Positions 31,256 to 41,695 of a DNA stretch of 64,000 bases are shown here, in pieces. The stretch's first letter is position 1; every line of letters starts with the position of its first letter. Position numbers and translations under genes: made by a program. Source of the stretch: a bacterium (lineage in GTDB: Bacteria > Electryoneota > JAOADG01). The notes beneath the pieces were generated by a model, which was given only the letters and a program-made list of their open reading frames with translations, made no database searches and was not told the origin of the DNA. Location of the stretch: positions 160,001 to 224,000 of the forward strand of contig OY820579.1 in the NCBI GenBank assembly GCA_963681965.1, written 5' to 3'.

Positions 31256-33733
31256 CTATTTATGCGACTGTGTTTCAGTTTGATCGATCGTATTGCGAAT
31301 TTTTTCCGATAGATCGTAAAGTGAAAATGGTTTCCGAAGAAAATTAGTACCCGATTCCAACACCCCGTGACGCCCAATGATGTTTTCGGTATATCCCGAA
31401 ATAAAGAGAATTTTCGTGTCTTTCCGAATGATTTGCATCTGTTTAGCCAAATCCTTGCCATTCATTTTCGGCATAATGACATCGGTGATTAACAGATGAA
31501 TCGGTTCAGGAAACTCATGTGCGACCTTTAGCGCTTCCTCACCATTGCTTTTCGAAATTAAATGGTAACCCCAGCGTGGCAGAATCGCTTCCAGCAATTT
31601 CCGGATTGAGATATCGTCTTCGGCGAGTAATATTGTTTCCGTTCCGGATCGAAATTCAGCTTGATCACTGTCGTCTTGGATATCGATCGCAGGTTGATAG
31701 ATGCGCGGAAGGAAGATCGAGAAATTCGTACCGATATGTTGTTTTGTTTCTACTGCTATAAAACCGTCGTGTTGTTGGATAATTCCCAATACAGTCGCCA
31801 ACCCAAGACCGGTTCCCTCGCCTTTGGCTTTGGTCGTAAAGAACGGTTCGAAAATGCGATCCAGAATCACTTTTTCGATTCCCGTACCGGTGTCGGAAAC
31901 GAGCAATACGACGTATTCACCGGGTTTAGATCCGTGAATTTTCAAGCAGTCGGCTTCATCCAAAGTAGAATTGAATAATTTAATTTTAAGAGTACCACCA
32001 TCCGACATCGCATCGCGTGCATTGACACAAAGATTAACGATCACCTGTTCAATCTGTCCGGGATCGACTCGAACCAACCCCAAGTTACCGGCGTATTCTA
32101 CTTGCAGATCGATATTTTCACCGATCAACCGCGTCAGCATCTTTTGAATACCGGCAATGATGCTGTCCAAATTAACGATCTTCGGTTCAATTACTTGTTT
32201 CCGACTGAATGCGAGAAGTTGTTTCGTCAATGTCGATGCGCGCTCAACTGCTTTTTCGGATTCGGCGATAAATGGCGCTATGCTTGCACTCTCTTCGACG
32301 TACATATTGACTAGAGCAAGGTTTCCCGAAATAACGGTGAGCAGATTATTGAAATCGTGCGCAATACCGCCCGCCAAGGATCCGATACTATCCATCTTCT
32401 GCGCATGGAAAAATTGTATTTCCAGTTTTTTCTTTTCCGTTATATCGGTATTAATAATTAATATTGTGTCAGGTTCGCCTTTGATATTTCTAACCAAGTT
32501 CCATCGACTTGCCAGAATTCGCTCCCGATCGTTGTTATCGAATTGGGTTAACTCACCCATCCATTCGCCGTATTCCAGCGTCGTCAAATATGCTGTTTCA
32601 GTATGGAATTCCGAAGTATTTCGCGACAACAATCCATTAATATTTTTACCGATCGCTTCATCTTTCGCCCATCCGTAAACCTGTTCGGCACCGTTATTCC
32701 AATATTTAATTTCACCGGTCAACGAAGCGACCAAAATTGCATCATGGGCAATATCCAATAATGTCGCTTGTTCTTTCAAGGATTTTTCGGTTTTTTTGAT
32801 TTGGGAGATATCGCTGACAATTTCGATTGCACCATATTGAACACCGAATTTATCTCGCAACGGGCTGGCAGTACACAATATGTTTGCACCAGCACCATTG
32901 TATAATGATTGGAGGTAAATCTCGGAATAGAGGATTCCGTTTCGATTCGCGACATAGTCATACGGCAAGTTTTCGTAACTGATTTCTTCACCGACCAGAT
33001 CGATCAGGATAGAACGTTTCATACCGTAAAATGGTACCGCATACGCATAGTCGCCTTTTCCCAAAACTTCGCTTTTTAGAACCCCGGTCATCTGTTCCAA
33101 TGCGTGATTCCAGGCGATCACCTTCTTGTCCTGGTCGATTACGAATGTCGGGTCGGGAAGAAAATCGATAATATCTTCCAACTGTTGTTTGGATTGACCT
33201 AATTCGCGTTCGGTAATTTTGCGATCGGTGATATTGCGGATAATGATGATGATTTGATCGCTTCGCAATGGCGCCAATCGCGCTTCAAAAAATGCTTCAC
33301 TTCCTTTGACATCGATTTTATATTCGTACACGATTAGCTGTTTGAGATCTCGTACTTCTTCGATCGCTCTTTTAAAGCCTTCCGATACTTCGGGATATGG
33401 GATATTGGTAATTTTTTTTCCAACCAGATTCATATCTTTGTGAATCAAATCGGATTCGTTGAAGATATTGTAATCGAGAATTTTACCATCCAAATCGACG
33501 CGAATGAAGAAATCGGGTGAAGCATTGAAAATGGCTTGCATCGACGAATTGATCTGTAACAATTCATGCGAACTAAGATCGAACGAGTGCTCTAACATTC
33601 TCCGATCTTCATCTGCTTGACTATATGCGGAATTTACTGCTTCGACAAACAATCGCAACTTCGGATCGTTTGGCATTTCTTGCGATCCGAAGATTTTCCG
33701 CAATTGACGTTTCAATAAATTGTGGAGTTCCAT
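31256..33733 (-). CDS. Cytoplasmic hybrid sensor histidine kinase (3 PAS + HisKA + HATPase + receiver)
   Basis: LAGGIAHDFNNLL H-box, NLCVNARDAM, EPFFTTK..GEGTGLGL, receiver LLITDVIMP...FLRKPF. Confidence 0.95.
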   Translation of the reverse strand: MELHNLLKRQLRKIFGSQEMPNDPKLRLFVEAVNSAYSQADEDRRMLEHSFDLSSHELLQINSSMQAIFNASPDFFIRVDLDGKILDYNIFNESDLIHKDMNLVGKKITNIPYPEVSEGFKRAIEEVRDLKQLIVYEYKIDVKGSEAFFEARLAPLRSDQIIIIIRNITDRKITERELGQSKQQLEDIIDFLPDPTFVIDQDKKVIAWNHALEQMTGVLKSEVLGKGDYAYAVPFYGMKRSILIDLVGEEISYENLPYDYVANRNGILYSEIYLQSLYNGAGANILCTASPLRDKFGVQYGAIEIVSDISQIKKTEKSLKEQATLLDIAHDAILVASLTGEIKYWNNGAEQVYGWAKDEAIGKNINGLLSRNTSEFHTETAYLTTLEYGEWMGELTQFDNNDRERILASRWNLVRNIKGEPDTILIINTDITEKKKLEIQFFHAQKMDSIGSLAGGIAHDFNNLLTVISGNLALVNMYVEESASIAPFIAESEKAVERASTLTKQLLAFSRKQVIEPKIVNLDSIIAGIQKMLTRLIGENIDLQVEYAGNLGLVRVDPGQIEQVIVNLCVNARDAMSDGGTLKIKLFNSTLDEADCLKIHGSKPGEYVVLLVSDTGTGIEKVILDRIFEPFFTTKAKGEGTGLGLATVLGIIQQHDGFIAVETKQHIGTNFSIFLPRIYQPAIDIQDDSDQAEFRSGTETILLAEDDISIRKLLEAILPRWGYHLISKSNGEEALKVAHEFPEPIHLLITDVIMPKMNGKDLAKQMQIIRKDTKILFISGYTENIIGRHGVLESGTNFLRKPFSLYDLSEKIRNTIDQTETQSHK

Positions 33734-33744
33734 ATTGTACTCAA

Positions 33745-34884
33745 TTATACTTCTTTAATCGTTGTAATCGTCATGGTTTGATTGTGCAATTCACACATCA
33801 AGTTGTTTCGAAATGGGGACAATTCACCGTACGAATAAAATCCGGTCAGTGCGCATTGATTTCCGAGAACATCGCGTACCGCTTCAATTTCTTCTTCAAT
33901 CCGTAAACCAAGTACCAATTTTCTACCGATACAACTAATTAATATTGCCAGTGTCGGTTCTTTCACCTGCTCGTCGGTAAGACTCGCTTCTGCAGCTCCC
34001 TGAGCACCATCGATCAAGCGATCGAAATTTGCTTTCATTAATTGAGCAAACGATCCCTGTGGAACGTCACCGGCAAAGATCATACTCTGAGTCGTTTCAT
34101 CCACTGAAAGAATGGTTCGAACGACACCGGGATCGTTTTCATTTGCACGCACGTTTAGAGGAAACAACAGTGCTGCCGATGGGAGTTCGTTGGCTCGATC
34201 GCCAAGGTACTCTTTGTAAAGCTGTAACGCCGGTTTTCCATCCATTTCATACAAAACGTTTCCACTCGATTTCGTGATCAAACGATTCGGTCCGAAGGGA
34301 TCCCATCCTCCCATCGATCCGTATCCGATTCGAATTCGGTCACCGTAAAAACCGATCGCAGCTATAATTCCCGATTCCGGTTCGCTATTCGATAGAACGA
34401 ACGTTTCCTTGAAGTTCGCGCCATCACCCGATAGACCTCCGGTAACTGCGACTTTGGTTGGCAACCGACTCGTCATTCCTTTTGCTAACTCGGTACCATT
34501 CACAAGTTGTCCATCCGATAAGACAAAAACATGTTTCAAATCAGTCGTTGGTAAACCGTCAATCAGCGCTTGACCAGCAGCAAAACTGTTTACTTGTTCG
34601 GTTATTTTAATCCGACTACCCTTAATAAGGGTGTGATCAAATTTGATCGCAGCAGCCGAAATCGAGTCGTCCAATACTTGCAAGTCGAAAATTTCGCCGG
34701 CAGTCGAACAACCGATAAAATATGCGTTCGGGTAAAATCCTCGCAGGGTTTCTAGTTCGGTTCGATTCGCGATACATTTTTTCGATCCGAAAATAATTAC
34801 GAGTTGTGCCGAATCGGTAAGTTCACCGGCAGGTTGAATAACCCATCCAGATTCACTTGTCCAAAGACTTTGTTCGATTTTCAT
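33745..34884 (-). CDS. FIST-domain (NosP-like) sensory protein
   Basis: GCSTAGEI, GGLSGD, GGWDPFGP, LISCIGRK, GFYSYGE, LHNQT. Start set at MKIEQ. Confidence 0.92.
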   Translation of the reverse strand: MKIEQSLWTSESGWVIQPAGELTDSAQLVIIFGSKKCIANRTELETLRGFYPNAYFIGCSTAGEIFDLQVLDDSISAAAIKFDHTLIKGSRIKITEQVNSFAAGQALIDGLPTTDLKHVFVLSDGQLVNGTELAKGMTSRLPTKVAVTGGLSGDGANFKETFVLSNSEPESGIIAAIGFYGDRIRIGYGSMGGWDPFGPNRLITKSSGNVLYEMDGKPALQLYKEYLGDRANELPSAALLFPLNVRANENDPGVVRTILSVDETTQSMIFAGDVPQGSFAQLMKANFDRLIDGAQGAAEASLTDEQVKEPTLAILISCIGRKLVLGLRIEEEIEAVRDVLGNQCALTGFYSYGELSPFRNNLMCELHNQTMTITTIKEV

Positions 34885-35488
34885 ATCAATACCTAGAGTT
34901 ATTAGAATTCGGATGATTCCACGAATAGTATTCGAACTGATGCAAGAAAATTTTACTTTGACACTGTTGATAGGATCATGCAAGAAACTGAGGAATATTG
35001 GATAAAACGTAGCGATAGAACTGTCTTAGTAAATAATATGAATTTCTTTTGACCAAAACAATCGATACTTCCTCGATCAATTCGATTGTGTAATAACAGA
35101 GTTTGTATGGGGAGATTATTGCATACATACACATCAAAAAAATAGATACATATTCTTTTTCGAGTTATCTTCCGAAAATGTAATAAATGCCGATAATTAT
35201 CGGCACTTATCTGTTTTACAGTCGGTCAATAAATCAAATTTCATCGCTCACAGATGATAAAAATTCATTATAAAAGCTGAATTTAGTGGTGCTCTACCGC
35301 GTTTTAGTAAACATTGTAAATCACTCTACCAGATGTTTTCGCGTAACTGTTACATATCCAGTATTTACAACGAAAAATAGAGAATCATCAATTTCAAACG
35401 TATATTGTGAGCCATGTGGCACTTTTGTTGTCACTTTTTTTGTCTCCTTGGCATAGCGCAGCATCCAAATTATTTAGAAAGAGTCGGA

Positions 35489-37975
35489 ATGACGCAATCA
35501 AACGAAGTGTCCGACCATCCGCCCGAACGGGCGTTATTGGTCGGTGTTATTAAACGGGGTACTACTCGCGAGCAAGTCACGGAAACCCTTGACGAATTGG
35601 CACAATTGGCAGATACTGCCGGTGCTTTTGTAGTTGATCGTATCATTCAGGAACGATCGTCTCCTGAAGCCGCGACTTATATCGGTTCTGGATTGGTCGC
35701 TAGTCTAGCTGAACGAGTAGCAGAAGAAAAAATTGAATTGGTGTTATTCGACGACGACCTCTCCCCGGCACAAGCGAAGAATCTGGAAGAAGCTTGGGTA
35801 GGTGCAAGAGTCATTGACCGCACAGGATTGATACTGGATATTTTTGCGAAACGTGCCCGCACACGCGAAGCGATCACTCAAGTCGAATTGGCGCAACTGG
35901 AATATTTACTTCCTCGCCTCACCGGGCGCTGGGCGCACCTTGAACGACAGCAGGGTGGTATTGGTTTGCGCGGACCGGGTGAAACTCAGCTTGAGACCGA
36001 CCGTCGGTTAATCCGCGAAAAAATCTCCAACCTCAAACGGATGCTGCAACTCATCGAACAACAACGTTCACTCCGTCGACAAAACCGCGAAAGTAGTTTT
36101 CGAATTGCGTTAGTTGGTTATACCAATGCCGGAAAAAGCACGCTACTGAAAGCACTTTGTGGTGGCGAACCGTTCATTGAAGACCGGTTGTTTGCAACGC
36201 TTGATCCACTGGTACGACCATTGCGCCTTCCGAACAGTACGGAACCGGCATTACTGACCGATACTGTAGGATTTATCCGCAAGCTTCCTCACAGTTTGGT
36301 GGCAAGTTTTCACTCCACATTAGCCGAAGTATCGGAAGCGAATTTGTTACTGCATATCGCCGATGCCTCGCATCCCGCTTGCGAAAAACAGATGGCAGAA
36401 GTTCAAAAAGTGTTGGTTGAAATCGGTGCCGATAAAGTACCGACGATTGAAGTTTTCAATAAGATCGATCAGTTGGATGAATCGGGACGAATCACCGAAT
36501 TGAAAATGCATTATCCCAATGCACTCTTTATCAGTGCCTTACGCGGTCACCGGTTGTGGGAACTAAAAAACACGATAGCCGAACGTCGAACTGCCGATTG
36601 GGGTGGATTTGAAGTCACACTATCAGCAGAAGGCGCTGGTGAAGGCGAAAGTGCTGTTTATCGATTAGGCGAAGTAATCGAAAAAGAAGTGAATGAAGAA
36701 GGTATTACAAAGATCCGTTATCGCGTTCCAGTGCGGTATCAACGGGAATTACAGGAGGCACTCGTGCCACATACCCATAAACCGCCCGTAAAGAAACGCG
36801 CGCTACCGGTTGACCTTCAAGAAGTCGATTATCAGACTGAAACGTCACCTCGACCGCGTCATACCCGCGAGCAATCGGAATATTCTCCGCAAATGCGCCG
36901 CGAACAATTTGGTAATCGCGATGAAGGCGAGACACCAGATCGCGAAAATCGTCCACCACGACGTGAATTTGATGACAGACCACCGCGACGGGATTATAGT
37001 GATCGTCCACCGCGTCGGGATTTTGGCGATAGACCTCCTCGTCGGGAATTCGGTGATAGACCGCCACGAAGAGAAGGGGATGATCGTCCGCCGAGAAGAG
37101 ATTTTGGAGATCGTCCACCGCGACGGGACTTTGGCGACCGTCCACCACGACGGGAATTCGGTGATAGACCGCCACGAAGAGAAGGGGATGATCGTCCGCC
37201 GAGAAGAGATTTTGGAGATAGACCGCCACGGCGAGATTTTGGCGATAGACCACCAAGACGGGAATTCGGGGATCGACCGCCACGACGAGAAGGGGATGAT
37301 CGTCCACCGAGACGCGACTTTGGCGACCGTCCACCGAGAAGAGATTTTAGCGATAGACCGCCACGACGGGAATTTGGGGACAGACCACCACGGCGAGAAG
37401 GGGATGATCGACCACCGCGACGCGACTTTGGCGACCGTCCACCGAGAAGAGATTTCGGCGATAGACCACCACGGCGGGAGTTCGGAGATCGACCACCTAG
37501 ACGAGAGTTTGGGGACAGACCACCACGACGGGAGTTCGGAGATCGTCCACCTAGACGAGAAGGTGGAGATAGACCACCACGGCGGGAGTTTGGAGACAGA
37601 CCACCTAGACGAGAGTTTGGAGACAGACCACCACGGCGGGAGTTCGGAGATCGACCACCGCGACGAGAGTTTGGAGACAGACCACCACGGCGAGAATTCG
37701 GAGATCGTCCGCCAAGACGGGAAGGTGGAGACAGACCACCACGGCGGGAGTTCGGAGATCGTCCGCCAAGACGGGAAGGTGGAGACAGACCACCACGGCG
37801 GGAATTCGGTGATCGACCACCAAATCGGGAGGGTGGAGACAGACCACCACGACGGGAATTCGGAGATCGTCCACCAAGAAGAGAAGGTGGAGACCGACCA
37901 GCTCGATCCTATTCGGGAAAACCGAGTAGTGGTAAGCGGTATGGATCTAACGATAAGCCGAAGAAACGTTACTAA
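35489..37975 (+). CDS. hflX: GTPase HflX with very long C-terminal repeat tail
   Basis: DRTGLILDIFA.RA.T.E...QVELAQL.Y.LPRL, GPGETQLETDRR, GYTNAGKS, LFATLD, DTVGFI, NKID. Confidence 0.95.
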   Translation: MTQSNEVSDHPPERALLVGVIKRGTTREQVTETLDELAQLADTAGAFVVDRIIQERSSPEAATYIGSGLVASLAERVAEEKIELVLFDDDLSPAQAKNLEEAWVGARVIDRTGLILDIFAKRARTREAITQVELAQLEYLLPRLTGRWAHLERQQGGIGLRGPGETQLETDRRLIREKISNLKRMLQLIEQQRSLRRQNRESSFRIALVGYTNAGKSTLLKALCGGEPFIEDRLFATLDPLVRPLRLPNSTEPALLTDTVGFIRKLPHSLVASFHSTLAEVSEANLLLHIADASHPACEKQMAEVQKVLVEIGADKVPTIEVFNKIDQLDESGRITELKMHYPNALFISALRGHRLWELKNTIAERRTADWGGFEVTLSAEGAGEGESAVYRLGEVIEKEVNEEGITKIRYRVPVRYQRELQEALVPHTHKPPVKKRALPVDLQEVDYQTETSPRPRHTREQSEYSPQMRREQFGNRDEGETPDRENRPPRREFDDRPPRRDYSDRPPRRDFGDRPPRREFGDRPPRREGDDRPPRRDFGDRPPRRDFGDRPPRREFGDRPPRREGDDRPPRRDFGDRPPRRDFGDRPPRREFGDRPPRREGDDRPPRRDFGDRPPRRDFSDRPPRREFGDRPPRREGDDRPPRRDFGDRPPRRDFGDRPPRREFGDRPPRREFGDRPPRREFGDRPPRREGGDRPPRREFGDRPPRREFGDRPPRREFGDRPPRREFGDRPPRREFGDRPPRREGGDRPPRREFGDRPPRREGGDRPPRREFGDRPPNREGGDRPPRREFGDRPPRREGGDRPARSYSGKPSSGKRYGSNDKPKKRY
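36947..37900 (+). repeat. Coding tandem repeat, 35 x 27 bp, encoding DRPPRR(D/E)(F/G)(G/D)
   Basis: Units run from 36947 (AAT CGT CCA CCA) to 37891, then a partial unit. Synonymous codons differ between units. Confidence 0.95.
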
Positions 37976-38020
37976 ATTCTACTGGTTCAAATTAATAGAG
38001 CCGGGGAAATTTATAAAAAC

Positions 38021-38053
38021 AAATCGGGCGAGTCATTGCGACTCGCCCGATTT
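38021..38053. terminator. Bidirectional intrinsic terminator
   Basis: AAATCGGGCGAGTC-attgc-GACTCGCCCGATTT between the convergent hflX and PLP-lyase genes. Confidence 0.8.
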
Positions 38054-38097
38054 ATTATCCATCATCTTGCTCGGATAATCACCGAGTATAGCGAATG

Positions 38098-39279
38098 CTA
38101 GACATGCGTGAAAGCTTGTTCCAGATCGGCTAACAAATCTTCGATGTCCTCGATACCGACGGAATAGCGCACTAATCCATCGCTGATTCCACCTTCCAAA
38201 CGCGCTTCCGGTTTCATACTAGCATGAGTCATTGATGCAGGATGCTCGATCAACGTCTCAACACCACCCAACGATACTGCCAGAATTGACAGCTTGACAT
38301 GATCCATCAGCGCGATACCAGCTTTCAAGCCACCTTTCAGCTCGAAGGCAATCATCGAACCGAAACCGGTCATCTGTTTTTTCGCCAATTCATGTTGCGG
38401 ATGCGAAGGGAGACCGATGTATCGGACCCAATCCACTTTCGGATTGGCTTCGAGCCATTTGGCAATGATCATCGCATTCTTTTCCGCTTCGCGAATTCGG
38501 ATCGGCAGTGTTTTGATGCCACGAAGCACCATATATGCCTGATGAGGATCCATATTGCAGCCGACTGCGATCATCAGTGGACGAATCTTCTTGTACAGTT
38601 CTTCCGTCTTGGTGACGATAATTCCCCCGACGATATCGGCGTGACCGTTGAGGAACTTGGTGACTGAATGCAGGACAACATCGGCACCCAGTGCCAATGG
38701 TTGCTGTAAATACGGGCTGGCAAAAGTATTGTCGACTACCAATAACGCATTGTGTTTGTGCGCGATTTCCGCCATTGCCGCAATATCGGTCACCAGCATC
38801 GAAGGGTTCGATGGTGTTTCGATATAGAGGATCTTGGTGTTAGGTCGCATCGCTGCAGCGACATTTTCGACGATGGTGGTGTCAAGATAAGTCGATTCGA
38901 CTCCGAACCGCGACATATGATTTTCCATCAGACCGCGCGAAGGACCATACACCGAAGCGGTACTAACAATGTGATCCCCTTTGGACAATAACGATAGATA
39001 AACGGTGCTAACAGCACCCATTCCCGAACTAGTAGCGATGCCACCAAATCCGTTTTCCAAAATCGCGACGTTGTCTTCCAATGCGCGAATTGTCGGATTG
39101 CCAAGTCGAGTGTAGATGTAGCCATCTTCTTGTGCCGCAAATAGCGATGCACCATGAGCAGCATTTTTAAAGGCAAAAGTGGAAGATTGGTAGATTGGAA
39201 CATTAACTGCGCCAGATGGATCACCATCATAGCCGGCATGAATGGATTTCGTCTTAAATCCGTGATGATTCGATTTCAT
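38098..39279 (-). CDS. PLP-dependent trans-sulfuration enzyme (methionine gamma-lyase / cystathionine lyase family)
   Basis: [42 protein letters not shown] (PLP lysine), [18 protein letters not shown]. Confidence 0.93.
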   Translation of the reverse strand: MKSNHHGFKTKSIHAGYDGDPSGAVNVPIYQSSTFAFKNAAHGASLFAAQEDGYIYTRLGNPTIRALEDNVAILENGFGGIATSSGMGAVSTVYLSLLSKGDHIVSTASVYGPSRGLMENHMSRFGVESTYLDTTIVENVAAAMRPNTKILYIETPSNPSMLVTDIAAMAEIAHKHNALLVVDNTFASPYLQQPLALGADVVLHSVTKFLNGHADIVGGIIVTKTEELYKKIRPLMIAVGCNMDPHQAYMVLRGIKTLPIRIREAEKNAMIIAKWLEANPKVDWVRYIGLPSHPQHELAKKQMTGFGSMIAFELKGGLKAGIALMDHVKLSILAVSLGGVETLIEHPASMTHASMKPEARLEGGISDGLVRYSVGIEDIEDLLADLEQAFTHV

Positions 39280-39469
39280 TTATCTCCTTATAGCCCTCGA
39301 GGTGAATTTCCAATATCAAGCACCGATACCCCGGTTATGACCTGACCACCAATGAGCGCTCACTGTTGTGAATTTCGATATCCGAATATAAGCAATCAAC
39401 AGAAGTTCGACCAACTTCACGGATTTCTTGCCATAAACCTACGATAAACTGTGAATTGCCCCAATACTA

Positions 39470-41461
39470 TCATTCCCAGCGTATTGTTCCCCCCTCTCGA
39501 TCAATACCAATTCCTTTCAGAATTGGTAATCGTTTATCGGGGTGTAGAAGATGAGTTGTATTGTTTTTCATCAATTTTTCGGAATAGCGATCTTTCCCGC
39601 CCAAATCTAGGAATATTCCTGTAGTGAGAACTTCAGCGCGCAATCCGGTCGATGAATAATTGATACAATCGCCGAAACCGTTTCCAGTATCGTAGACGTC
39701 ATCGCCGGAATAGTCGACAAACAGCGCGACACTGCTGTTCATGCTGGTTCCGAGTGAATTACCGATCATGTGGTATTCATCGTTCCCCGCTTCATCGAGA
39801 AAAATACTGACGCAAAAATCGTGGGGACAACAAGCACCCATCGCAATCGATGTGGTATAGGAATCGTTGCCGGTACTATCGATCAAGTAGCTAATACCCA
39901 TGTGTGCAGTCGCCGATTGCGCATAGAACGCGGCATTGTAAATGTCGTTACCACTCCGATCATCCAGTACTCCGATACCGAACCAATATCCGACCGATTG
40001 GGCAAAGACACCACCGGAATAGAAATCGTTACCAGCACCATCGAGCAGCATTCCCACACCACCCGCGAGCGAGTGTCCATCGATAAAATCGCGACGCATT
40101 CCGAATCCGGCACCTTGACTCATGCTGGAGTTGTGTTTATCACTCTGCTGTCCCGGAAAGAGAATGTCGACATCCTCAGCGATATAGCGATCGTCACCGG
40201 AACCATCGACCAGAAATCCTGCGCCAAGTGTCATCCCACACCCCTGACTCTCGATATAGGCGTGATAAGTATCTTTTCCCGCTTGATCCGAAAGACATCC
40301 AATTCCGAAGAAACCAAATCCCTGGGCACTACTGAAAGCATCGTACGCATCGTCGCCATCGCGATCATTCAAGATACCGGTTCCGGCAACTCCGCAACCC
40401 TGCGAATAACTTTTCGAAGTATAGCAATCATTTCCATGCAGATCGGCTAACAATCCCCATCCCAGAATCCCGGCGCCAAACGAAGGGATATCAGCATTCG
40501 CTTCATACCGATCGTTCCCCTTGGTGTCGATCAACAGTCCTATGGGAAATTTCGCACCACCCGTTGCACCACCACTGATGTAGATATCGTCACCGCCGGT
40601 ATCGACAATCAAGAGATAGTGTCCAATGTCGGATGAATAACGACTATTGCTCCCACCAGAAAGGACAATCCAGCCATAGCGGGTCTGACAGCGGAAATCG
40701 AATTGCTCGGTTGCCGAAACCGAATCGAGTTCGGCACATGCTGCATCAAATGCTGCGGTGAGATCATCGGCTCCTGAGTTCATCAGGAAATAGTCAATTT
40801 TCGCTAGCAATTCAGTCTGATTGTACCACTTCTCGTTGCTTTCCGGGAAGGGTTCCTCCGCTTGCGTAGAGTCCCCTTTCTTTTGAGGTTTTTCCATCGG
40901 TTCGATTAGCGATCGGTAAAGCGATGGAAGTGAATCCGTAGGTATTTTACGTAACGCCAGTTTACGCCACTCCAGCGCGTCTTTCGCTGCCAACAGCAGC
41001 ATTGCCGATGCGTGTTGCACCGGTTTGGGCAATTGCTTTATATCGGGAATAGTCACGGTTGAGTCAATCGCTTTTATCGCTTTCAACAATGCCTGCTCGG
41101 CTTCAACTTGTTTGCGGTATTGGTCTAATGGTGCTGGCGCGATCAGATCGCGAACCGTCACACACGACAGGATCGAGGCGGCAGTGCGATGCAGATCGTG
41201 GGTTTTACCGATACCGGCAAGTAGCGAATTGCGCCAGTTCCGCTCCCACACGGGAATTTTCAACGGATGCTGAAACCACTGTTCGAATACCGGCAGCTTA
41301 AACGAAGTACCACTTCGCACCATGAGCACTTCGGGGTCGACCCGGAATTGCTCGCGCGATAATTGCAATTGGGCAAAGCAGCTATCCAAAAGGTCGGAAG
41401 ATGCAAAGCTGACCGTTGAAATCAGCAATAACGGAAAGATGGTGAAGTTGCGGTAGTTCAT
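39470..41461 (-). CDS. Secreted protein with Gly/Asp-rich 'G.G.L.D..G(N/D)D.Y' repeats (probable Ca-binding beta-solenoid)
   Basis: Signal peptide from MNYRNF. Roughly a dozen D..G(D/N)D.Y repeats in the C-terminal half. Confidence 0.75.
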   Translation of the reverse strand: MNYRNFTIFPLLLISTVSFASSDLLDSCFAQLQLSREQFRVDPEVLMVRSGTSFKLPVFEQWFQHPLKIPVWERNWRNSLLAGIGKTHDLHRTAASILSCVTVRDLIAPAPLDQYRKQVEAEQALLKAIKAIDSTVTIPDIKQLPKPVQHASAMLLLAAKDALEWRKLALRKIPTDSLPSLYRSLIEPMEKPQKKGDSTQAEEPFPESNEKWYNQTELLAKIDYFLMNSGADDLTAAFDAACAELDSVSATEQFDFRCQTRYGWIVLSGGSNSRYSSDIGHYLLIVDTGGDDIYISGGATGGAKFPIGLLIDTKGNDRYEANADIPSFGAGILGWGLLADLHGNDCYTSKSYSQGCGVAGTGILNDRDGDDAYDAFSSAQGFGFFGIGCLSDQAGKDTYHAYIESQGCGMTLGAGFLVDGSGDDRYIAEDVDILFPGQQSDKHNSSMSQGAGFGMRRDFIDGHSLAGGVGMLLDGAGNDFYSGGVFAQSVGYWFGIGVLDDRSGNDIYNAAFYAQSATAHMGISYLIDSTGNDSYTTSIAMGACCPHDFCVSIFLDEAGNDEYHMIGNSLGTSMNSSVALFVDYSGDDVYDTGNGFGDCINYSSTGLRAEVLTTGIFLDLGGKDRYSEKLMKNNTTHLLHPDKRLPILKGIGIDREGGTIRWE

Positions 41462-41695
41462 AATGTATTCCGGGTTTGTTGGATGTAAAATGAATAGAAT
41501 CACAGGAAAACGCAATTCAATTTGGAAAAAATCCGAAAAAGAGTCCTCAATCAGTTGTTTTCATTTCATCGCGACTAATCCGGATATATATTGTAGCTAT
41601 CAAAATAGCGGTAGTATGCAGAAAATCTTCTGGAATTGAATTGATGGTTGATGGTTGATTATTCGTCCCTTCGTTACGATAACATGAGGTGTATT

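Noticed and set aside
36947-37900. 27-bp repeats as a CRISPR array or non-coding satellite
   Set aside because: There are no spacers, and variation is mostly synonymous in the hflX frame, so it is a coding repeat.
36705-38078. Overlapping ORFs 36810-38078 (+), 36705-37334 (-) and 37605-37877 (-)
   Set aside because: Shadow frames kept open by the stop-poor repeat; no independent evidence of coding.
39280-39469. SAM riboswitch upstream of the Met/Cys lyase
   Set aside because: The SAM-I core (ATC.AGAG...GCAACC...GTGC.A) is not recognisable on the coding strand.
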